From positions 1 to 54,118 of the IMG/VR virus record IMGVR_UViG_3300046170_000018: 54,118 nucleotides of DNA; one strand, 5' to 3'. Shown piece after piece: positions 21,302 through 27,602 of the stretch. The position numbers and the translations under genes are program-made. The notes beneath the pieces were generated by a model. That model had not been told where the DNA came from, made no database searches, and saw nothing but the letters and a program-made list of their open reading frames with translations. Origin of the DNA: a virus. Its lineage: Duplodnaviria; Caudoviricetes. Position 1 is the stretch's first letter. Each line of letters begins with the position of its first letter.

Positions 21302-21410
21302 TGTGTTTATCTTTCTTTCTGTTGTATTTGGTTTTGTCTGGCACTGCTTGTGTCCTGCGGCGTGACTGTGCCACTGCCTTCGCTACAGGGTTGATAGGTT
21401 TGATACGCAT
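21240..21410 (-). CDS. Small basic protein with ArfA-like pattern, 56 aa
   Basis: NPVAKAVAQSRRRTQAVPDKTKYNRKKDKH. AGGAG RBS. Confidence 0.6.
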   Translation of the reverse strand: MRIKPINPVAKAVAQSRRRTQAVPDKTKYNRKKDKHNANQSRENEVTESETPQSKA

Positions 21411-21421
21411 TGTCAATGCTC

Positions 21422-21511
21422 CTATGAAAGTGCGTACTGAATAATGTCTACAACTTGTGTGATAGCTAACACAAGAATAATGATATGACCTAAGTGAATT
21501 TTCTCATACAT
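21422..21511 (-). CDS. Hydrophobic 29-aa peptide
   Basis: CGGAG RBS. Sequence MYEKIHLGHIIILVLAITQVVDIIQYALS. Confidence 0.5.
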   Translation of the reverse strand: MYEKIHLGHIIILVLAITQVVDIIQYALS

Positions 21512-21525
21512 ATTAAATCTCCGTT

Positions 21526-21541
21526 AGTCCAACATTGGACT
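21526..21541. repeat. 16-bp palindrome, copy 2 of 5
   Basis: Exact AGTCCAACATTGGACT. Confidence 0.95.
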
Positions 21542-21547
21542 TGTCTA

Positions 21548-21610
21548 GTATATCTAAGTAAATATATTACTTTCACTAAAGTATCAAGTAATATTTTACA
21601 TAAGATATAC
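21548..21610. other. Long intergenic hairpin H1 with conserved loop
   Basis: ATATTACTT-[TCACTAAAGTATC]-AAGTAATAT plus outer GTATATCT/AGATATAC pairing. Confidence 0.8.
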
Positions 21611-21618
21611 ATAAGAGG

Positions 21619-22254
21619 TTAAGCGATACCATGCAGCTTTCGCCATGTAACCCATGTAATCGCCTGCAATTCATATGCTTTCAGCTTACGACCATTGACA
21701 CGGCAACGACTAGCAGCTTGGCGATAGGCATCTTGCAGATTGCGATACTCGACAATGCCAATATTGGTTTTGTTATCGGTCAGATTGACACGCTCATTGT
21801 ATGCAATGTTTCGGGCATGTCCATCTACGGTACAGGTATCATCACCCATGATGTTCTCATAGAAACAGACAATCTTCTTGCCATTAAGAATAGTCTTAAT
21901 GCTGTCATGGCTTGGTCTAATCTGCCCTAGTATCTGCCATGCCTTGTCTCGCATAGCATTGTAGGTGCAGACAGATACACTATCTACGCTACGACCATTG
22001 ACAAACGCATCAATCAAATCACGGGCATTTGTCACATTGGTAGACCAACGATTGTTAGGTGACAATGCCGCCACAACGCCAGCGGCAACATGAATAGAGA
22101 TGCCATAGGATTTGTATTGCTCCGCAAGTTGGCGGCACTCCTCGTATGCTTCGGCATACCATGCAATGCCATGTGCCACATCTTCAGGCTTTGCCTTGCG
22201 GCGCATAGCGATAATGTTTTTGATAGCGATTTGCATATTAAATTCGGTTTTCAT
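21619..22254 (-). CDS. Conserved phage protein with HhH-GPD glycosylase-like features
   Basis: WY..A, AALSP...W..N, K...FY.NI, TVDGH and LQAITW motifs. Confidence 0.55.
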   Translation of the reverse strand: MKTEFNMQIAIKNIIAMRRKAKPEDVAHGIAWYAEAYEECRQLAEQYKSYGISIHVAAGVVAALSPNNRWSTNVTNARDLIDAFVNGRSVDSVSVCTYNAMRDKAWQILGQIRPSHDSIKTILNGKKIVCFYENIMGDDTCTVDGHARNIAYNERVNLTDNKTNIGIVEYRNLQDAYRQAASRCRVNGRKLKAYELQAITWVTWRKLHGIA

Positions 22255-22258
22255 AGTG

Positions 22259-22486
22259 TTACTCCGTAAAAGGTGGTTCCATAGGGAACGTGGTTACAAT
22301 TTCAAAGTCATCAGTCATCCAGCGTATATCACTAGTCTGGACGGATTGCAAGCGCATTGAGCCACTAGGCCATGCTGGTGTCCTGTCAGGCAAAGGTATC
22401 ACCTGCCACAACTCACCATGCTCATTGACACGATTCTTGCCATGGCGGGTCTTACCCTGCAAGATAACGATTTTTCCTGTTTGCAT
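22259..22486 (-). CDS. Hypothetical protein, 75 aa (GKTRHGKNRVNEHG motif)
   Basis: GGAG RBS before the ATG at 22486. The longer 142-aa call overlaps the neighbouring gene. Confidence 0.65.
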   Translation of the reverse strand: MQTGKIVILQGKTRHGKNRVNEHGELWQVIPLPDRTPAWPSGSMRLQSVQTSDIRWMTDDFEIVTTFPMEPPFTE

Positions 22487-22763
22487 TTTGTTTCTCCACT
22501 TCGTGAATACAAGCCTGCAAATACCCCCAATGCCTTGGGCAATCAGGTGGATCACCCTCAAATGACATGACAGATGCTTCAGCATCATAGATGTTATAGT
22601 CAATGTCAAGCCTTGCTTGCTGATAGCCTTCATCATATTCAGCATAGTAAAAGGTTTCAGCATGACAAAAACCACAATAGTAATCATCCGAACTGTTCAC
22701 ATAGAACAGGTCAATATGAGTGTACGGTGTGTCACAACAAGCACATTTTCTAGCCATATTCAA
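22452..22763 (-). CDS. Hypothetical zinc-binding protein
   Basis: CACC...CGFC. CGGAG RBS. Confidence 0.65.
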   Translation of the reverse strand: MNMARKCACCDTPYTHIDLFYVNSSDDYYCGFCHAETFYYAEYDEGYQQARLDIDYNIYDAEASVMSFEGDPPDCPRHWGYLQACIHEVEKQNANRKNRYLAG

Positions 22764-22778
22764 ATCTCCGATTTGTTA

Positions 22779-22794
22779 AGTCCAACATTGGACT
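22779..22794. repeat. 16-bp palindrome, copy 3 of 5
   Basis: Exact AGTCCAACATTGGACT. Confidence 0.95.
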
Positions 22795-22803
22795 AGGTTA
22801 GTA

Positions 22804-22860
22804 GTGTATATAAGTAATAACACTATCACTAATGTTCTAGTGTTATTACGTTATTCACAC
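22804..22860. other. Long intergenic hairpin H2 with conserved loop
   Basis: GTAATAACACTA-[TCACTAATGTTC]-TAGTGTTATTAC, a perfect 12-bp stem. Confidence 0.85.
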
Positions 22861-23078
22861 TAAAGCAAGCTGTCAAGTATTGCCAAGGCATCAGCCTTGT
22901 CTTTTTCCTTGCGATAGGTATCCAGCATAGCATCCGCTTGACCTGTCACATAAACCCGAAACTCAGGCCGTGTCTCAGGCTCATAGCTACGGCTGAAAGC
23001 CAGTGTATCCATAGCTTTCCAACTAGAGCCTACGGCTTTGTGCCGACCCATGTCAATGATTGCACCACGTTTAGCCAT
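22860..23078 (-). CDS. Hypothetical early protein (MAKRGAIIDMG...)
   Basis: ACGGAG RBS before the ATG at 23078. Confidence 0.7.
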   Translation of the reverse strand: MAKRGAIIDMGRHKAVGSSWKAMDTLAFSRSYEPETRPEFRVYVTGQADAMLDTYRKEKDKADALAILDSLL

Positions 23079-23118
23079 GTTATTTACTCCGTAAATTGAG
23101 GGCATCTAGACTGCAGCA

Positions 23119-23721
23119 TTAAGCTGCAGCCTTTGTGTTAGCGGCATCAAGCATCTCAAGTTGCTCTTTCAGAGCCGCAAGGAATGATGCTTTTGAGATG
23201 CCATTCATCTCACAATCAAGCAAAGCTTGCATTGCAATGTCTGAAGCAGACTTTGGATCATTAGCCTTATCAGCTTCGCTGTCTAGTCCAACATTGGACT
23301 TGTCATCAGCCTTCGGCTCTACAGGTGTCTCTGTATCAGCCTTCGGCTTTGGATCAGCCTTTGGCTTCATGGCAGCTTGTAAAGCTGTAAGACTGGTAAA
23401 GCCCTTTTTGCTTTTAGCAATGAAGTCACGACAAGCTGTCTCATTCGCAGCAAACCACATGGCTTCGCTTCTACGGCGTTTGTCGATACCGGCAATGCCA
23501 CAATCTTTCAGCCTTGCTGAAGCGATACGATCACCGCCTTCAGCCTTCAGCTTTAGCATCAGCTTTCCAAGCCGTGTATCAAAGCCATCAGCCTTCGTTG
23601 ACTTGGTGAAACGAGCCTTATCACCTTTGGTGATTTGCTTCCATTCTTTAGCCAAGGCAAAGCCTTCAGCTTCCAGAGTGTTGTTTACAACAGGGACGAT
23701 TTGAGTTGATGAATTTTCCAT
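23119..23721 (-). CDS. First gene of the early arm, Lys/Ala-rich hypothetical protein
   Basis: 200 aa with AAGGA RBS. PK-repeat linker. Contains one palindrome copy. Confidence 0.75.
   Translation of the reverse strand: MENSSTQIVPVVNNTLEAEGFALAKEWKQITKGDKARFTKSTKADGFDTRLGKLMLKLKAEGGDRIASARLKDCGIAGIDKRRRSEAMWFAANETACRDFIAKSKKGFTSLTALQAAMKPKADPKPKADTETPVEPKADDKSNVGLDSEADKANDPKSASDIAMQALLDCEMNGISKASFLAALKEQLEMLDAANTKAAA
23285..23300. repeat. 16-bp palindrome, copy 4 of 5 (inside a CDS)
   Basis: Exact AGTCCAACATTGGACT. Confidence 0.95.
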
Positions 23722-23737
23722 TTCGGCTTCCTTTATA

Positions 23738-23815
23738 CTATCTTTAGGTTTTATAGGGAGATATCCCCTTTCACTACGTTCAAGGGGTATATCCCGTAAA
23801 ACCGTAAGAAGATAG
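23738..23815. other. Long hairpin H3 with conserved loop, upstream of the first early gene
   Basis: GGTTTTATAGGGAGATATCCCCTT-[TCACTACGTTC]-AAGGGGTATATCCCGTAAAACC plus outer CTATCTT/AAGATAG pairing. Confidence 0.8.
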
Positions 23816-23984
23816 ATATAAGTTTGAGGTTGAAGCCTCGCCTGCGATCCTCTGCGCCTGCCGTTTCGCCTGCGGTTGCAGCTATCTTCGATAGCGAAAC
23901 TCGTGCGCTAAACTCGTGACACATAGCGAGGCTTGGCAGATTGTGGTGGCTGGTATGACTATCACCTTCAGTGATAGGGGGTGT

Positions 23985-24000
23985 AGTCCAACATTGGACT
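23985..24000. repeat. 16-bp palindrome, copy 5 of 5
   Basis: Exact AGTCCAACATTGGACT. Confidence 0.95.
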
Positions 24001-24344
24001 TATGGTTCACCTTTGGTGAAAGGATTAGATGCATCAACCTTACAACTTGTTGTAAATCTGTAGGTCTGGCCTTCACAAATCATCTTTCAGATGGCAACTG
24101 ATACCATAACAGTTGTTCCAACTGGGTTTGGTTGGTCAACTACTGCATATTCTATGCAATATCAAGGGCTTGCTTGGCTATCTGCCTCTAATCCTGCGCT
24201 TGGTTGCGCATAATGCTGGCGCACACACGCCTTAGAGAGGGGGCAGGCAGGAGCCAGCCGGGGGTGGGGGCGTTATATGTATGTAGAAATACACAGATCA
24301 GGTAAATTCACTGTTAACCACACTAACAACTGACACTATGTACA

Positions 24345-24380
24345 TGCACAAGCATTGTGCAACTGCCTAAAAAATAGGCA
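24345..24380. promoter_or_regulatory. Two tandem 17-bp TGC-N11-GCA palindromes (NtrC-box-like)
   Basis: TGCACAAGCATTGTGCA (24345-24361) and TGCCTAAAAAATAGGCA (24364-24380). Confidence 0.5.
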
Positions 24381-24427
24381 ACTGTAGATACCCCTATGGA
24401 CCATTTCGCCTATTCATAATAAATGAC

Positions 24428-24456
24428 TTGACAAGCTATGAAAAATCTGCTATAAT
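24428..24456 (+). promoter_or_regulatory. Perfect-consensus sigma70 promoter driving the plus arm
   Basis: TTGACA-17 nt-TATAAT. Confidence 0.85.
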
Positions 24457-24462
24457 TATATA

Positions 24463-24580
24463 TAACTTAAACACACTTAAAGTGTTTCACTTAACTACTA
24501 TATAGTTAAATTATAAATACACTTAAATGTATTATATATTTTCTTTGTTAACTCACTTAACTATAACACTTTAAATGTAC
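24463..24580 (+). repeat. AT-rich tract with CACTTAA short repeats
   Basis: CACTTAA at 24474, 24488, 24520 and 24554. CACTTTAA at 24567. Confidence 0.7.
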
Positions 24581-24625
24581 CCTCTATAAATTAATATTTG
24601 TGCTTATTAAAGAAAGTTCTTGACA

Positions 24626-24841
24626 ATGGCGAAGAAATCTGTAAAACTATATACAGATAACGTACTTGATGCATTCTATGATGCTATCCGTACTAACTCA
24701 TTAGACCGTCTTCACATACCACACAGTGATGTGTTTTATGTGCGTAATGCATTGGATACTAAATTCTTTCCACGTACCTTTACACTTAAACAAACAGAAG
24801 ATTACATGCGTATGGAAGGATGGACTGAAAGAAATGAGTGA
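24626..24841 (+). CDS. Hypothetical protein
   Basis: First ORF of the plus arm. LHIPHSDVFYVR motif. Confidence 0.65.
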   Translation: MAKKSVKLYTDNVLDAFYDAIRTNSLDRLHIPHSDVFYVRNALDTKFFPRTFTLKQTEDYMRMEGWTERNE

Positions 24842-25056
24842 TGGAACTCTATACCTTTTTTGTATTCTTCTCCGTGATCGTAATGCCAGACGGAGAAATT
24901 AAATCATTCTCTAAGCATGTGATAGAGTGTCCTGCTATGGAGACTGTATTGGAAATGCATGAGCCTAAGATGGATAGCGGTGAGATTGTAGACTGGTCAG
25001 CTACGTGCCTGACAACTCAGCTACCATTAAAAATACCACAAGGACTGAAGACGTAA
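24838..25056 (+). CDS. Hypothetical protein with N-terminal hydrophobic segment
   Basis: 72 aa with two Cys, overlapping the upstream stop. Confidence 0.6.
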   Translation: MMELYTFFVFFSVIVMPDGEIKSFSKHVIECPAMETVLEMHEPKMDSGEIVDWSATCLTTQLPLKIPQGLKT

Positions 25057-25057
25057 C

Positions 25058-25351
25058 ATGGCTATACCTGAAAGAGTTAAAACCAAGATGAAGGAAGAAG
25101 GCTTGACTGGCGTTAATAAGCCAAAGCGTACTCCTAGTCACAAAACCAAGTCACACTGCGTAATGGCTAAAGAAGGTGACACATATAAATTTATTCGCTT
25201 TGGACAGCAAGGCGTTTCCGGTGCTGGTAAGTCTCCTAAGACTGCTAAAGATAAAGCACGTAAGAAATCATACTACGCACGTCACGATGCGCAGGGTAAG
25301 CCGACCAGCAAGCTGTCAGCGAAGTATTGGTCACATAAAGTTAAATGGTAG
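25058..25351 (+). CDS. Small basic protein (DUF5754-like)
   Basis: IRFGQQG...RKKSYYARH...SAKYWS...W. Confidence 0.65.
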   Translation: MAIPERVKTKMKEEGLTGVNKPKRTPSHKTKSHCVMAKEGDTYKFIRFGQQGVSGAGKSPKTAKDKARKKSYYARHDAQGKPTSKLSAKYWSHKVKW

Positions 25352-25367
25352 TATAGGAGATATACCG

Positions 25368-25796
25368 ATGGCAAGTAAGCTATTAAAGGCAGCAGCAAAG
25401 AAAGCTAAAGATGCAGCTATCGCAGCAGCTAAAGCTAAGAAGGCTAAAGAGCTAAAGGCTAATCAAAAGAAGCCTATCAATGAGTTGATGAGTAAAGCAC
25501 CTGCAGCACAGGCTGAGTCTGGTATGGGTACAGCAAGTAAGACACGTATTACTTCTGGAGAACGTGGTAAGGCAATGGCTGGCGCAAAGCGTGAATACAA
25601 GGCTACCTTGAATAAACTAGACAAAGACCCTAATCTATCAGATGAGCAAATGGAAATTATGCTTGGCAAACTAAAAGATTTGGAAAAGCGGTACGGTGCT
25701 GGTGTTAAACCTACCGCCGATATGAATCGTGGTGGCATGGCTACCAAAAACTATGTGAACCCAGTTAAGATTGTAGACAATAGAAAGAAACGATAA
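25368..25796 (+). CDS. Lys/Ala-rich basic protein with C-terminal MNRGGM and KNYVNPV motifs
   Basis: AGGAG RBS before the ATG at 25368. Confidence 0.75.
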   Translation: MASKLLKAAAKKAKDAAIAAAKAKKAKELKANQKKPINELMSKAPAAQAESGMGTASKTRITSGERGKAMAGAKREYKATLNKLDKDPNLSDEQMEIMLGKLKDLEKRYGAGVKPTADMNRGGMATKNYVNPVKIVDNRKKR

Positions 25797-26194
25797 TGGC
25801 TAAACCAACCTCAAAGAAAGCAGCAATGGATGATGCAGTTAAGGGCATGAACATGAAACAGCTAACCGAAAAGATGGCTGACCCTAAAACGCCAGCACCT
25901 ATCAAAGCTGCAGCTAAACGCAGACTAGACCGTATCTCTGGTGCCGATAAGACTGCCCCTCTATCACAAATGGCTAAAGGCGGCAAGGCTACTAAGAAAG
26001 TACCTGTAATCTCTATTGGTGTAGGCATGGCTGAAATGCCTAAAGGTAAAGACAAAGCTAAGATGATGCGTGGTGGTATGTCAGGTGGTAAGGAACATAT
26101 GTATGCAGCAGGTGGTATGGTTAAAGACAACCCCGGCCTAAAGGCACTAAAAGCTGCAAGCCCAGAAGCTTACAATAAAATCACTAAGTCATAA
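25796..26194 (+). CDS. Basic protein with three xxGG motifs
   Basis: TAATG coupling. MAKGG, MMRGG and YAAGG motifs. Confidence 0.75.
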   Translation: MAKPTSKKAAMDDAVKGMNMKQLTEKMADPKTPAPIKAAAKRRLDRISGADKTAPLSQMAKGGKATKKVPVISIGVGMAEMPKGKDKAKMMRGGMSGGKEHMYAAGGMVKDNPGLKALKAASPEAYNKITKS

Positions 26195-26733
26195 TGCATC
26201 CCATCGAAGCTGACATACGTAAGTGGTCACACGAGTTCCTAGAAGTCCCCAACAAAAAACTAAATGGCCTACCACCCTGCCCATACGCTAAACAAGCATG
26301 GCTGGATGATAAGGTTATGTTTAGTGTAAACACAGGGGTGGATGGACTAGCAAAAGAAGTGGTAGACTTTGAGTCCCACGATTATGATATAGTTGTGTGG
26401 GCTAGTGAAATGCTACCAGAGATACATTACCTAGATGGGTGGTGTGACGGCGTAAATGAAGCCATGTCAATTGCAGGTAAAGATATGCACTTGATGGTGT
26501 TTCACCCAGACTATGACGCAGAAGAGGCTGGTCTGGATTTTTTAGTTGAAGAAGATAATGCAATAGAAGAAAGCCTAGTCTACTGCATGGTATTTGTACA
26601 AAGGCTATCTACCCTAGACGAGGCAGCATTAAGTCTGGAAAAATCGGGGTATTACGAACACTTCCCACAGGATGTGTATCAATCATTAGTTATAGACAGA
26701 CGGAGATTAAGAAATGGCATCGACTACAGATAA
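26194..26733 (+). CDS. DUF1415-like protein
   Basis: LPPCPYA...FHP...QRL motifs. TAATG coupling. Confidence 0.65.
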   Translation: MHPIEADIRKWSHEFLEVPNKKLNGLPPCPYAKQAWLDDKVMFSVNTGVDGLAKEVVDFESHDYDIVVWASEMLPEIHYLDGWCDGVNEAMSIAGKDMHLMVFHPDYDAEEAGLDFLVEEDNAIEESLVYCMVFVQRLSTLDEAALSLEKSGYYEHFPQDVYQSLVIDRRRLRNGIDYR

Positions 26734-27007
26734 AGAAATTCAACGTGAATTAAATGCAATGAAAGCACGGGCTAAAGATAAGGGTGCTACACCTGCTGAA
26801 ATTAAACAACTTGAAAGAGACTTCTTTGTGAAAAGAAAAACTAAAAAGAAAACAATGACTGCTGCTAAAGGTGGTATGGCTAAAAAGAAGATGATGCGAG
26901 GCGGCATGGCAGCTAAGACAGCACCAAAGCGTATGCGTGGCGGTGGTATGGCTAAAATGGCATCTAAGAAAAAAATGATGCGTGGTGGAATGGCGAAAAA
27001 GAAATGA
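26714..27007 (+). CDS. Lys/Met-rich basic protein with tandem MMRGGMA repeats
   Basis: GGAG RBS. Four xxGGMA repeats. Confidence 0.75.
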   Translation: MASTTDKEIQRELNAMKARAKDKGATPAEIKQLERDFFVKRKTKKKTMTAAKGGMAKKKMMRGGMAAKTAPKRMRGGGMAKMASKKKMMRGGMAKKK

Positions 27008-27123
27008 GGAAGAAACTCGTTTATTATGTTGCAATAGCATTGCTTAATATTGGTAAACCTTTTACCTGTGTAGGTAATTGGTTTTGGAAGTTACATCGTA
27101 AACTATTAGACTGGATTAAGTAG
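27004..27123 (+). CDS. Small hypothetical protein, 39 aa
   Basis: ATGA overlap. Read manually. Confidence 0.45.
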   Translation: MRKKLVYYVAIALLNIGKPFTCVGNWFWKLHRKLLDWIK

Positions 27124-27134
27124 GAGTTAAGGAG

Positions 27135-27413
27135 ATGGTACGTGTCCCTAAAAAACCCCCGGCTAAAAAGAAAACCCCACAAACTAGAGCGAAAGCGAAA
27201 CCGTCTGGAAAGGTTAGCCTTTCGCAAGGGGGTGCGCCAAAGAGCAAGTCGAGAGTTAATGAAGCTGGCAACTATACTAAGCCCACAATGAGGAAGCAAC
27301 AGTTCAATCGTATCAAGGCAGGTGGCAAGGGTGGTAATCCGGGTCAGTGGTCTGCTCGTAAGGCACAGATGCTGGCTAAAGCATATAAGTCTGCGGGTGG
27401 TGGATATAAGTGA
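27135..27413 (+). CDS. Basic protein resembling the N-terminal half of DUF5872-type proteins
   Basis: YTKP..RK....IKAGGKGGNPGQWSARKAQMLAKAYKSAGGGYK. Confidence 0.75.
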   Translation: MVRVPKKPPAKKKTPQTRAKAKPSGKVSLSQGGAPKSKSRVNEAGNYTKPTMRKQQFNRIKAGGKGGNPGQWSARKAQMLAKAYKSAGGGYK

Positions 27414-27589
27414 TTGTTTTTGTGCTATATGTATACTTTGGCGCAAACATAATAGATAAAACACAGAAGTTTGAAGACTTAGACAAATGCCTTTACTTTG
27501 CTGAGAGATTGTCCCGACAACAATCTGTTCCAGTAGGAGATGGCAAAAGACTGACTATAACAGCAGTATGTAGACCAGAACCTAAATAG
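27410..27589 (+). CDS. Hypothetical protein, 59 aa (GTG start)
   Basis: GTGA overlap. Hydrophobic N-terminus and two Cys. Read manually. Confidence 0.55.
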   Translation: MIVFVLYVYFGANIIDKTQKFEDLDKCLYFAERLSRQQSVPVGDGKRLTITAVCRPEPK

Positions 27590-27602
27590 GAACCAACAAA
27601 CC

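Noticed and set aside
21526-22860. Canonical integron attC sites
   Set aside because: RYYYAAC/GTTRRRY ends are not consistently present, and I could not recognise an IntI-specific insertion in the integrase. Kept only as a speculative analogy.
20957-24000. CRISPR-like array from the repeated palindrome
   Set aside because: The repeats are 16 bp and 500-1250 bp apart with whole genes between them. No cas operon is present; the Cas4-like nuclease is a standard phage exonuclease.
23882-24101. ORFs 23882-24076 and 23916-24101 in the control region
   Set aside because: No RBS. They overlap hairpins and the palindrome and are probably non-coding.
24463-24575. CtrA boxes among the TTAA repeats
   Set aside because: TTAA spacings are 5, 6, 10 or 11 nt, not the 7 nt of TTAA-N7-TTAA.
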